A stretch of DNA of 32,000 nt from an uncultured Calditrichaceae bacterium (GCA_964455375.1 CAYVXE010000003.1:50805-82804), one strand, 5' to 3'. Positions 9,292 to 19,772 are shown, counted from the stretch's first letter. Translations and numbers: made by a program. The notes: generated by a model not told the origin, from the sequence alone.

Positions 9292-10121
9292 ATTTTTTTA
9301 TGTGAAAGTTTTGCTTTTCTAAATTGATTTATTTGTTCATTAAGTCTTTCTGCTTCCCTCCCAGCGACCTCAGCAAAGTCATTTTCGGAGGATTTGTAAA
9401 GGATGCCGCGGCTTGAATTGATAAACGCGCGCCCCCCATTCGGGTCGGTGCCGAACGCAACTGCTGTCTGCAAATTTCCCCCTTGTGCGCCAACCCCGGG
9501 AATGAGGAAAGGCAGACGAGGAGCTAAGGTGCGAATGGTTTTCATCTGTTGCGGGTGTGTGGCACCGGCAACCAGACCGCAATTCTCATGACGATTCCAT
9601 GCTAATACCGAACGAATCACGTGTGCATAAAGCGGTTCTCCGTCCACCGTGAGGTGTTGGATGTCTTTGGCGCCTGGATTTGATGTGACTCCGAGAATAA
9701 AAGCGCCCTTTTCGGAACGGCCAATAAAAGGAGCTACCGAGTCGCACCCCATGTACGGGTTCACAGTGACGGCGTCAAAATTCAGATTTTCAAAAATAGC
9801 CCGGGCATACATTTCAGAAGACGTTCCGATGTCGGCACGTTTTGCGTCGGCAATGGTTATGATATCTTCCGGCATGTGATCCATCAGGCGTTCAAGCACG
9901 TTCCAGCCTTTGACGCCCTCTGCTTCGAAAAATGCAAAATTGAGTTTAAATGCCGCAGCGACCTCTTTGGTTGCAGAAATGATTTCAGAACAGAAAACAA
10001 ATAATGCGTCCGGGTGGTTCTTTAGAGAGTCAGGAAACTTCCGACAGTCCGGATCCAATCCCACACAAAGTAAACTGTTCTTCTTTTTTATGATTGCATC
10101 TGTTTTTTCGTAAAAGGTCAT
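9288..10121 (-). CDS. pyrF: orotidine 5'-phosphate decarboxylase (type 2)
   Basis: The internal start MTFYEKTDAIIKKKNSLLCVGLDPD (CAT 10119-10121) gives 277 aa. Motifs include DAKRADIG and PGVGAQGG. The stop overlaps the pyrE start (ATGA). Confidence 0.9.
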   Translation of the reverse strand: MTFYEKTDAIIKKKNSLLCVGLDPDCRKFPDSLKNHPDALFVFCSEIISATKEVAAAFKLNFAFFEAEGVKGWNVLERLMDHMPEDIITIADAKRADIGTSSEMYARAIFENLNFDAVTVNPYMGCDSVAPFIGRSEKGAFILGVTSNPGAKDIQHLTVDGEPLYAHVIRSVLAWNRHENCGLVAGATHPQQMKTIRTLAPRLPFLIPGVGAQGGNLQTAVAFGTDPNGGRAFINSSRGILYKSSENDFAEVAGREAERLNEQINQFRKAKLSHKKI

Positions 10122-10156
10122 TGTATCTTTTTGCCGTAAAAACTCATTATTAAGAA

Positions 10157-11068
10157 TCAATGGCCGCCGGGGCCGTGATATGCTTCTTCTCCAGCTTCGA
10201 TTTTTACCGCCAGTCGATTTTGTGCCGGAGGCAACGGACAGGTGGCAAAGCGGGTAAAAGCGCATGGTGGATCATACGCTTTATTAAAGTCGATGGTAAG
10301 ATTGCCCAAGCTGTCCGGTTTGTCGATAACCAGGAATCGTCCACCGCCGTAAGTTTCTTCGCCATTGGTTTCATCACCGAAAATAACCCAGTAACCGCCA
10401 TCGTCGTCCAGAGTGTCGAGTTTGTAGGTTTTCCCGTGTATTTTAAATGCAAGCGCTCCGGGTGACGGTTCGTGGATTGTGGTCCCGAGAACGGTGGGAA
10501 TGGGGATGCTTTTAGGTGGATCATAGGGTTCAAATGTGGCCGTAAGCCGCCAGTTTTGATCCACCGGGAACCTTTCTACTCCGGGAAAATCGGATATGAG
10601 TGGGCTGTCGAGGTCGCGCAATCGTACGCCAAATGCATCACCGCGCTTGATAATGAACCATCTGAGGGAACCGAGTTTTAGAGTCGTTTTGTTGCTTTCC
10701 GTATCAGGGGTGAGCGTCAGGGTGGTCACGTTCTTTTCTTGATAATAAACGTTTACGCCGCTCCTGATTTTCACCGTAACGTGACCATTTTTGAGATAAA
10801 AAGTTCCTATCCGTTTGGGGGCTTGTCCCGGAAAAACAATATCATTCTGCGGACCGGAACCAAAGGTGTTTTTTCCTTGTTTTAGCCAAAACAACCCGAC
10901 CAGATTCAGCCACCCAGTATCACTTTTCAGATCAGCAATGCGTTTTTGATGCCAGCTTTCGATGTCAGCGAGATATTGCGTGTTATCCATTCTGGGCGAA
11001 GACTGTTGCTGGCATCCGATAATCGGCATTAGAAAAACAAGTGCGATGAACACGTTTAGCAAGCGCAA
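10157..11068 (-). CDS. DUF1684 domain-containing lipoprotein
   Basis: A lipobox is present (PIIGCQQ). DUF1684-like blocks are WLNLVGLFWL, GRFLVIDKPD and IDFNKAYDPPCAF...CPLPPAQNRL. Confidence 0.8.
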   Translation of the reverse strand: MRLLNVFIALVFLMPIIGCQQQSSPRMDNTQYLADIESWHQKRIADLKSDTGWLNLVGLFWLKQGKNTFGSGPQNDIVFPGQAPKRIGTFYLKNGHVTVKIRSGVNVYYQEKNVTTLTLTPDTESNKTTLKLGSLRWFIIKRGDAFGVRLRDLDSPLISDFPGVERFPVDQNWRLTATFEPYDPPKSIPIPTVLGTTIHEPSPGALAFKIHGKTYKLDTLDDDGGYWVIFGDETNGEETYGGGRFLVIDKPDSLGNLTIDFNKAYDPPCAFTRFATCPLPPAQNRLAVKIEAGEEAYHGPGGH

Positions 11069-11258
11069 AATTTTTCTCCAGTATAAATAGGTTTGTATTT
11101 AGCAATCAATTTAAAGATTTTGCAAGAAAGAATCAAAGAAAAATCGGCAGCTTTTTTCTTTACATAATAGAAGAGAATGCGTATTTTACATTTGTATGTG
11201 ACACACCGAGCAATCGTTGCTTACCTTAAAACCACTCAATATTGTTCCGGAGGGAAAA

Positions 11259-12563
11259 ATGAAGCTTAAATTGCATTGGCAGATTATTATCGGTTTAATT
11301 TTAGGTCTGATTTATGGAATCGTTGCTGCGATAAATGGTTGGGGTGCGTTTACGTCTGATTGGATCGCTCCTTTCGGGAAAATATTTATTAATTTACTAA
11401 AATTGATTGCCATTCCGCTCATTCTCGGATCACTAATTTCCGGTGTTGCTTCTCTCTCGGATTTAAAAAAGCTTTCCCGTATCGGCGGCAAGACCATTTT
11501 TATTTATATAACCACCACGGCTGTTTCCGTGACGATAGGGCTACTCATCGTAAATATGCTCAGACCAGGGAAAAGTGTTCCCCAGGATATGCGAGTAAAA
11601 CTACAGTCCGTCTACCAAACGGATGTGCAAACGAAGAAACAAGCTGCCCAGCAAGCTAAAGAACGCGGACCGTTACAACCCTTGGTGGATATAGTACCGT
11701 CCAATTTTGCCAACTCTGCTGCCAGTAATCGAAATATGCTGCAAGTTGTGTTTTTCGCAATTTTCATTGGTATTGGCATCATTCAAGTATCCGAAGAGAA
11801 GGCGAAACCGTTCCTGGGTTTTTTCAAGGGGTTAAATGACGTGATTATAAAAATGGTGGATAATATAATGCTTATGGCACCCATCGGTGTCTTTGCTCTC
11901 ATTGCCGATACCATCAACAGTGTTGCTAAAGATAATATTCACCAGGTCGGGGAGTTGTTAGGTGCGTTAGGCTACTACTGTTTGGCGGTTATTCTCGGCC
12001 TTCTTGTACAAACACTGGTCACCTATCCGATCATATTAAAGTTGTTCACGCCGATGCCGATTGTGAAATTTTTCAAAGGTATTTCACAAGCACAGATTTT
12101 AGCTTTCTCCACCAGTTCCAGTGGCGCGACACTTCCGGTTACAATGGAGAGTTGCGAGAAAAATCTCGGTGTTTCAGAAGAAGTGTCTGCTTTTGTTCTG
12201 CCGCTTGGTGCTACCATAAACATGGATGGCACCGCACTTTACCAGGCGGTTGCAGCGGTTTTTATCGCCCAGACACTCGGGCTTGATTTAGATATTGGCG
12301 CCCAACTGACGATCATTCTGACCGCGGTCTTAGCGTCCATTGGGACGGCTGCAGTGCCGGGAGCCGGTATTATCATGCTAGTGATTATTCTGGAAGCGAT
12401 TCATGTTCCCAGCGCCGGGATTGCTCTGATTTTAGGCGTCGACCGAATTCTGGATATGTGCCGAACGGTTACGAATATCACTGGAGATTCAACGGTTGCC
12501 GTAACTATCGCGGCCACAGAAGGCCAGTTGGCAGACGTAAAGGACGACAATTGGAAAAATTAA
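11259..12563 (+). CDS. dicarboxylate/amino acid:cation symporter (GltP/GltT/DctA family)
   Basis: Family motifs are SSSGATLPVTME, ATINMDGTALYQ and ITGD. The chosen start ATG 11259 (MKLKLHWQII) is preceded by GGAGGG. Confidence 0.9.
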   Translation: MKLKLHWQIIIGLILGLIYGIVAAINGWGAFTSDWIAPFGKIFINLLKLIAIPLILGSLISGVASLSDLKKLSRIGGKTIFIYITTTAVSVTIGLLIVNMLRPGKSVPQDMRVKLQSVYQTDVQTKKQAAQQAKERGPLQPLVDIVPSNFANSAASNRNMLQVVFFAIFIGIGIIQVSEEKAKPFLGFFKGLNDVIIKMVDNIMLMAPIGVFALIADTINSVAKDNIHQVGELLGALGYYCLAVILGLLVQTLVTYPIILKLFTPMPIVKFFKGISQAQILAFSTSSSGATLPVTMESCEKNLGVSEEVSAFVLPLGATINMDGTALYQAVAAVFIAQTLGLDLDIGAQLTIILTAVLASIGTAAVPGAGIIMLVIILEAIHVPSAGIALILGVDRILDMCRTVTNITGDSTVAVTIAATEGQLADVKDDNWKN

Positions 12564-12646
12564 ATCCTGTATCTGTTAAAATGTTTTAATAAGTAAAAAT
12601 ACACTTGTTTTTTGTGATTTTTGCTCACTAAGAAGAAAACAGGTAG

Positions 12647-12666
12647 TGTGAATAAAGTGTGGATAA
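12647..12666. promoter_or_regulatory. tandem DnaA boxes: TGTGAATAA (1 mismatch) and TGTGGATAA (perfect)
   Basis: 12647-12655 is TGTGAATAA. 12658-12666 is TGTGGATAA, the reverse complement of the consensus TTATCCACA. The two are 2 nt apart. Confidence 0.6.
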
Positions 12667-12937
12667 CTTTTAAGAGATGGCTATATTTTCTTTATATCTT
12701 AAAATAACGCAAAATTCTCAAGAAACTGCGAATTTGGGCGAATAATACGGATTTTTTGGCGACAGATAAAACTTCAGCCGTTTTATGGTTGTCATAAGCT
12801 TTAAATAATTAATGGTTTACGTAGATTTATTTGTTGGGATTCAGGTGAGGTGTTCCGGCTAGAACCTTTTATTGCTTTAAGTATTAATAATTGACAACAG
12901 ATATTGACTTGCATGTCTCTTAGGCCACAGTGGAATG

Positions 12938-12961
12938 TTATCCACAAAAAAATGTGGATAA
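12938..12961. promoter_or_regulatory. inverted pair of perfect DnaA boxes
   Basis: TTATCCACA (12938-12946) and TGTGGATAA (12953-12961) are separated by AAAAAA. A further one-mismatch box, TGTGTATAA, lies at 13041-13049. Confidence 0.65.
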
Positions 12962-13087
12962 CTTGTTGAGGCTAAGGAAAAGTGATAGTGAGTTTAGATG
13001 CTTGTTTTACAACGCAATTAGCCGGAAAGATGATGGAGATTGTGTATAAAATATGATTTGAAGGCTTTGGTAAGTGGCAAATAATCG

Positions 13088-13116
13088 TTGACTTTATGTG
13101 AAAAGATTCTTAAATA
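13088..13116 (+). promoter_or_regulatory. sigma-70-like promoter candidate for the DUF92 gene
   Basis: TTGACT (13088-13093), 17 nt, then TAAATA (13111-13116). This would give a very short leader before the ATG at 13132. Confidence 0.3.
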
Positions 13117-13131
13117 TCAGCATTATTTTTC

Positions 13132-13953
13132 ATGGAATCAAATGTGGTTTATCTGGGTGGTTTTATTCTTGCCACAACGGCTGCTGTGGTGTCTTATCGA
13201 TTAAAACTGTTGACCAGAGGGGGGGCGTTCGTTGCTTTTCTGATGGGGTGGATCGTTTTCAGCCTGGGTCAACTTCCATTTAGTGCGCCGATATTATTCT
13301 TTTTTGTCTCGTCTAACCTGTTGTCAAAAACTAATCACACGCAAAAGTCAAGGTTATATATTTTTGCTAATGATATGGATCGAAGAAATTGGTTTCAAGT
13401 CTTCGCGAATGGATTTGTACCAACCATTCTGGTCATTGCCTGGAGTTTTAAGCATGACATGCGGGTTGTGTTTCTTTTTCTCATCGCTCTGGCATCGGCA
13501 ACATCGGACACATGGGCCAGTGAAATCGGAATTCTGTCACAGAAAAAACCACGTTCCATTATTTCATTTAAGCCGGCAGACGCAGGCAGCTCTGGCGGAG
13601 TCACGTTGCTTGGTTTCTGGGGAGCTGCTATCGGATCTTTTTCCCTTGCAATAACGGGGGGATGGATTTTTTATCGTTTGGCCCACATAAATTTTACCTG
13701 GTATCATATCTTTTCGATTTTCGCGATCGGAGTGTTTTCACAGACCGTCGATAGTATTTTAGGTGCCAGTTTACAAGCAAAGTATCTTTGTCCGGTTTGC
13801 CAAAAAACAATTGAAAAACCAACACACCTGGAACACGGTCCGGCCCGCTGTGTTGCCGGGTTTTCCTGGGTGGACAATAGCGTAGTTAACTTATTCTCCA
13901 TTATCATCGGCACGCTGGTCGGATGGTTGAGTTTAGGGACAATGCAACAGTAA
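13132..13953 (+). CDS. DUF92 (TMEM19-like) integral membrane protein
   Basis: The product is polytopic. It has the conserved SDTWASEIG block and a C-terminal CPVC...HLEHG metal-ribbon-like segment typical of the family. Confidence 0.8.
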   Translation: MESNVVYLGGFILATTAAVVSYRLKLLTRGGAFVAFLMGWIVFSLGQLPFSAPILFFFVSSNLLSKTNHTQKSRLYIFANDMDRRNWFQVFANGFVPTILVIAWSFKHDMRVVFLFLIALASATSDTWASEIGILSQKKPRSIISFKPADAGSSGGVTLLGFWGAAIGSFSLAITGGWIFYRLAHINFTWYHIFSIFAIGVFSQTVDSILGASLQAKYLCPVCQKTIEKPTHLEHGPARCVAGFSWVDNSVVNLFSIIIGTLVGWLSLGTMQQ

Positions 13954-13965
13954 AGGAATGAAAAT

Positions 13966-14262
13966 ATGGCACTGAAAAAAAAATGGAAAATCGGTCTGTT
14001 CATCACAAGTATTTTTGTGTTGATTATTTATTTGTTTTTTGCGGGTGACTACAATTTATATCATTTATGGAAATTGAAGCAGAAGAGGAAAGCGTTGATT
14101 TCTGAGATTGCAAATCAGAAGAAAAAAAACTTGGACCTCCAGACAGAAATTCAAAAATTAAAAGCAGATTCCACACATATAGAGAAGATTGCCCGTGAAA
14201 AATATACCATGGGCAAAAAAGGCGAAACGATTTATAAATTCAATCAGAAGGCACAGAAGTGA
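13966..14262 (+). CDS. septum formation initiator family protein (FtsB/DivIC-like)
   Basis: The 98-aa ORF has one N-terminal TM, a coiled coil (KKKNLDLQTEIQKLK) and a C-terminal IAREKYTMGKKGETIY. Confidence 0.7.
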   Translation: MALKKKWKIGLFITSIFVLIIYLFFAGDYNLYHLWKLKQKRKALISEIANQKKKNLDLQTEIQKLKADSTHIEKIAREKYTMGKKGETIYKFNQKAQK

Positions 14263-14948
14263 GCGATTCAAAACCCTTGGTGCCAAAAGGAGGCATCGGT
14301 AAAAAATTCAGAGCTTATTTTTTAACCGGATTGCTGGTATTGGTTCCTTTAGCTGTAACGTATTTTATCATCAAACTTTTATTTCTTTCAATCGATGATA
14401 TCTTAAACGATTTTGTATCCAGGCTTCTATACAGATTCGGTCTTGAAATTGGTGGAAGAAGAATTCCAGGCATTGGTTTTATCACGTTAATCTTAATCAT
14501 TACCTTTACCGGGTTGTTTACACGAAATTATTTCGGTAAAAAGCTGGTGGATTTGGGCGATCGATTGATGCAGAGAATTCCTTTGATTAATCGTGTTTAT
14601 GGCGCTACAAAACAAATCAGTCAGGCTTTTTTTTCGGCAAAGCGAGAGGTTTTTAAAAAGGCCGTTTTGTTTGAATATCCCAGGAAAGGAATTTATTCCA
14701 TCGGGTTTTATACGCAGGATACCAGGGGGTCTGTTCAGGACGCGCTGGAAGACGACGTCGTGAGTGTTTTTTTGCCAACGACCCCAAATCCGACGTCTGG
14801 CTTTTTGCTGTTTGTGAAAAAGGCGGAAATGGTTGAATTAGATCTCACCATTGAAGAAGCGTTGAAGCTGGTTATTTCCGGCGGAGCTATCGTACCTGAT
14901 GCTAATAAGAATCCAACAAGAATTCAAAACCCGAAAAACAAGGGTTAA
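14259..14948 (+). CDS. DUF502 domain-containing membrane protein
   Basis: The GTG start overlaps the upstream stop (GTGA). Motifs are IPGIGFITLI, RIPLINRVY and PTTPNPTSGFLLFV. Confidence 0.8.
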   Translation: MSDSKPLVPKGGIGKKFRAYFLTGLLVLVPLAVTYFIIKLLFLSIDDILNDFVSRLLYRFGLEIGGRRIPGIGFITLILIITFTGLFTRNYFGKKLVDLGDRLMQRIPLINRVYGATKQISQAFFSAKREVFKKAVLFEYPRKGIYSIGFYTQDTRGSVQDALEDDVVSVFLPTTPNPTSGFLLFVKKAEMVELDLTIEEALKLVISGGAIVPDANKNPTRIQNPKNKG

Positions 14949-14963
14949 TTTCCATAGAGAAAA

Positions 14964-16853
14964 ATGTGTTTGAGTAAATTAATGGCATGGACCATTTTAG
15001 CAACTGGAGTACTTAGCGGGTCTCCGGACGGTCTGGCGATTGCTCAAACAGGCGTTAACACCGAGCCTCTGCTGATGCAACCGCGGTATTCACGATTAAA
15101 TTTCAACCGGTCGCTTAATATTTACGAATGGTTTTACAGATTCAATTACCATAAACGCGTTGGCAAAAAACTGCAATTCCTTTTGCGAGAGAATTATCGT
15201 ACAACGTTACAGCAAACGAAAGCAAAAGATTTATGGAAGGACGATCAGAATTTTGTGGTGCAGTTCACGTATCCCTTTGCTACAAAGCTTATGTTTGAAG
15301 CATCGTTCGACTCCCGTGTTTTGTCGGATCCCTTGGCTGGCTTTGATAACAGTGTGACCTATTATTCCGGCACCACAAAAATACATTATACGCCGTTTAG
15401 GAATATAAGGCTATCACCGCAAATCAGTCGTCAGTGGCAAACGCAACTGGAGCAAAGCGACCAGGGGGTGGGGTATGGATTAGCCGCGGATGTTGATCGG
15501 TTCGATTTTAATGGCTACAGCACGAATTTGACATTTTTCGGAGAAAGGGATATATTCCCAAAACGGAGGAACGATGATATTAAATTTCGCTATACGATTA
15601 AGCGGCAGTTTTATGAATCCACAGCAGATACGCTGGCGATCATTTTTGACCGGTTACGCCGCGATAGTTTCGATGCGTTTACGACCGGTGTTTTTATACG
15701 CAACTTAATCCAGTCCCGAAGGGGTATCGAAAATAAACTTAGTTACAAGGTTGGCTCTTCTTCGGTTCTTTATGTTAAAAATGCGCTTTTATCAACATCG
15801 TTCAAAGTGAAGAATATAAAAGGCAGCTCCACAGATTTACAGAAGGAGGATGCAGGATTCGAGTCACGGCATTCGCTGAATTTGAAAATGAAAAAGTCAA
15901 AGTGGGTTGGAAACGTGGGTTGGAATTTTCGGCTTCGTACACGCGACGATAAACGTAAGGTCGACCGCACACCGGACCCCTTTGGCCGTTTCCCGACAGT
16001 GGGATTTGACTCGGAAGATAAGTTAGTAGAATTAAACACACACAGCGGATATGCGTTGAGCTCGGCGGATTCTTTAGGATTTTTTGCTGCCGTTTCAAAA
16101 TTTCAATACGATACGTCAGATACGACAAGTCCCAATGATCATGATTTTATTCGCTGGCAAGTATTCTTTTCACATGCACATACGTTTAACAAAACGTTAC
16201 ATCTGGTTTGGTCGGGAGGGGTATTCTTAAATCATTTTGTTTTTATTTCCGGGAGATTCAGCAGTGGTAATAATTGGGAGCGGATCTTTCAGTTGACTCC
16301 TGAAGTGGTTTTTCAGCCGCAACGGCAATGGTATTTCAAGCAGAAGTTTATCGTCCGGTCAAAATACCAAACGTATGATTTTGACGATGCTGCGACGAGC
16401 AATCGAAATATCGTCAGCCGTCAATTTATTGTATCTAATATCAGCCATTTCCCGTTTCCCGGGAATATGAGTGCGGAGTTGTCCGTTGATCTTGAGTTAG
16501 CAGAACAGGGACGTTTATTTTATAGTCGTTGGCGGCAGAATTTAGCTCTCTCCTGGCAAAATCGGGAAATTCGTTTTATGCTAAAAAAAAGATTACATTC
16601 CGGTATGAATATATCGGTTGGAGGAAGTTATTTCAACCAGAAACGCTGGCAACATAATCTCAATTCGAAGGGTAATTTCGACAAAAAATTGCAGACAATG
16701 CATACCAATTGGGGGCCGATTGTTCAGGTCAGGTATCAACCGCACCCTTCGATGGAAGTTTTGTTTTTAGGAAATATTCAGTTTGTTAATTCGTTTCGCA
16801 GACGCACAGAAACAATCAATAATTTCGACGTGAATGTCAATTGGTTTTTTTAA
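14964..16853 (+). CDS. hypothetical outer-membrane beta-barrel protein
   Basis: The 629-aa ORF has a signal peptide and alternating aromatic/polar beta-strand-like texture. It ends in an aromatic residue (...VNWFF). I recognise no family. Confidence 0.5.
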   Translation: MCLSKLMAWTILATGVLSGSPDGLAIAQTGVNTEPLLMQPRYSRLNFNRSLNIYEWFYRFNYHKRVGKKLQFLLRENYRTTLQQTKAKDLWKDDQNFVVQFTYPFATKLMFEASFDSRVLSDPLAGFDNSVTYYSGTTKIHYTPFRNIRLSPQISRQWQTQLEQSDQGVGYGLAADVDRFDFNGYSTNLTFFGERDIFPKRRNDDIKFRYTIKRQFYESTADTLAIIFDRLRRDSFDAFTTGVFIRNLIQSRRGIENKLSYKVGSSSVLYVKNALLSTSFKVKNIKGSSTDLQKEDAGFESRHSLNLKMKKSKWVGNVGWNFRLRTRDDKRKVDRTPDPFGRFPTVGFDSEDKLVELNTHSGYALSSADSLGFFAAVSKFQYDTSDTTSPNDHDFIRWQVFFSHAHTFNKTLHLVWSGGVFLNHFVFISGRFSSGNNWERIFQLTPEVVFQPQRQWYFKQKFIVRSKYQTYDFDDAATSNRNIVSRQFIVSNISHFPFPGNMSAELSVDLELAEQGRLFYSRWRQNLALSWQNREIRFMLKKRLHSGMNISVGGSYFNQKRWQHNLNSKGNFDKKLQTMHTNWGPIVQVRYQPHPSMEVLFLGNIQFVNSFRRRTETINNFDVNVNWFF

Positions 16854-16868
16854 AGTGAAAGGAATTGC

Positions 16869-17291
16869 GTGACTAAGAAAAGAAAAAACGAATTTGAAAT
16901 GACGATTCCCAGCAGTCTTGAACATATAGCGGCCGTAGAAAAATTATGTGAAAAAGCTGCCAACAAAATGAGTTTTAATGAAGAGGATAAGGATAGTCTC
17001 GCAATTGCGGTAACTGAGGCAGTGAATAATGCAATTTTACACGGCAACAAACAAAATGAAAATAAACACGTCACCATAAAATTTTTGTTTGAAGAAAGAA
17101 AACTTATTTGTAAAATTAGAGATGAAGGCGAGGGCTTTAACCCCCAAAATGTTGGTGATCCGTTAGCACCGGAAAATTTACTTAAAGAAAGCGGACGCGG
17201 GATTTTTATTTTATCATCATTAATGGATGATGTGAAATATGCTTTTTCAGAAAACGGCACCGAGATTATTTTGATTAAAGAAAAAAAGTAA
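16869..17291 (+). CDS. anti-sigma regulatory factor / Ser-Thr kinase (RsbW/SpoIIAB-like HATPase)
   Basis: The GTG start is preceded by AAAGGA. The N-box is EAVNNAILHGN, with G-boxes DEGEGF and GRGIFI. The ORF is 140 aa. Confidence 0.75.
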   Translation: MTKKRKNEFEMTIPSSLEHIAAVEKLCEKAANKMSFNEEDKDSLAIAVTEAVNNAILHGNKQNENKHVTIKFLFEERKLICKIRDEGEGFNPQNVGDPLAPENLLKESGRGIFILSSLMDDVKYAFSENGTEIILIKEKK

Positions 17292-17344
17292 AGAAGATTT
17301 TGAGTTGGCGATGTCTCAACTTTCAGAAGTTTTGACATCGGAGA

Positions 17345-17386
17345 CCGTTCTCGTTTTCGAAGATAAAAACGAAGCGGTTTTTTATT
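17345..17386 (+). terminator. intrinsic terminator, in or just before the thiC leader
   Basis: CCGTTCTCGTTTT (17345-17357) pairs with AAAACGAAGCGG (17366-17377): 12 bp with one bulged C and a 7-nt loop. A TTTTTTATT tract follows immediately. The element ends about 20 nt before the thiC Shine-Dalgarno AAGGAGG. Confidence 0.7.
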
Positions 17387-17404
17387 CATACTAAGGAGGA
17401 TTGA

Positions 17405-18823
<1,419 letters not shown>

Positions 18824-18850
18824 GCCCTGTTAGGCGGCTTAACAGCGAGT

Positions 18851-19066
18851 ATATTAGTTAGTGATTGAACGAAAACGTCAATTTTATCCGGGCGGTTGCC
18901 GGATTCCGAACCCGCTGTTCAGGGTGAGGAATCTGGAGCGTTAACAGTGATCTATTATAAAAACAGTTTCTTAGAATCAAACACATGCGCGTTGCCAGAG
19001 TTCTCCCCGGCGTCGGCCGGGTCGAAATGACAGAACGTGAGTTTTCGGTGAATCACTAGTTAGTGT
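18851..19066 (+). ncRNA. candidate structured RNA of unknown class, closed by a 26-position helix
   Basis: 18851-18876 pairs with 19041-19066 at 24 of 26 positions. Four of those are G-U pairs, which are valid only for a plus-strand transcript. Internal GC hairpins lie at 18887-18905 (ATCCGG/CCGGAT) and 19006-19021 (CCCGGC/GCCGGG). No ORF of 60 aa or more falls in this spacer. Confidence 0.3.
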
Positions 19067-19170
19067 CGTTCCAAATAGGCGAGCGTATTAGTGACCGGGT
19101 GCTCAACTCGTCGTGAATCTGTCATAACAATCTATAGAATGAATGTTTCAGGTAAAATGAAGGAGAGACG

Positions 19171-19641
19171 ATGTCTTTGTTGATTGGTGATAATTTGGTT
19201 GTCAGCATGCATTATAAGCTAACTGACGATGACGGAAACGTGCTGGATAGTTCAGAAGGTTCTGAGCCACTGGCTTATTTACACGGTTCAGGCAATATCA
19301 TATCCGGATTGGAAAAGGCGCTTGTAGGTAAAGTAGAGGGAGATTCTCTGCAGGTAAGGGTTGAGCCTGTGGATGGCTATGGCGAGGTCAGGCCTGACCT
19401 AATACAGACCGTCGAAAGGGCGGTTTTTCAGGGTGTAGAGTCCGTTGAGGCGGGCATGGCGTTTGAGGCAAAGGCGCCGGACGGCTCCCTTCAGCGCATT
19501 ATGGTGAAGAAAGTGGACGGCGATGAAGTCACAATTGATGCCAATCACCCACTGGCAGGTGTCGTGCTGCATTTTGATGTTGATATTGTCGGGGTGCGGG
19601 AGGCGACGGAAGAAGAAGTCGCCCATGGCCATGCTCACTAG
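19171..19641 (+). CDS. slyD: FKBP-type peptidyl-prolyl cis-trans isomerase SlyD
   Basis: The 156-aa ORF carries VSMHYKLTDDDGNVLDSS...PLAYLHGSGNIISGLEKAL, an IF-domain insertion and a short His-rich tail (HGHAH). The Shine-Dalgarno is AAGGAG. Confidence 0.9.
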   Translation: MSLLIGDNLVVSMHYKLTDDDGNVLDSSEGSEPLAYLHGSGNIISGLEKALVGKVEGDSLQVRVEPVDGYGEVRPDLIQTVERAVFQGVESVEAGMAFEAKAPDGSLQRIMVKKVDGDEVTIDANHPLAGVVLHFDVDIVGVREATEEEVAHGHAH

Positions 19642-19772
19642 ATGAGCATTTCCTAATTAACGTTGCCCAAAACGCTACAGAACGACAGAACTCCATAATA
19701 AGCAAGGATTTCGTCAGATAAAAAAGAAAGGGGATGTAGCCAATGCAAAGGATGCGCTTTTTCAAAGGTCAA

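Noticed and set aside
10122-10265. The 48-aa N-terminal extension of the pyrF ORF (track start 10265).
   Set aside because: It overlaps the 3' end of the DUF1684 gene and has no family similarity. MTFYEKTD...LCVGLDPD at 10121 matches the normal type-2 PyrF N-terminus.
13283-13654. A 123-aa alternative-frame ORF inside the DUF92 gene.
   Set aside because: It overlaps a better-supported membrane-protein frame carrying the conserved SDTWASEIG motif. Its own translation has no recognisable features.
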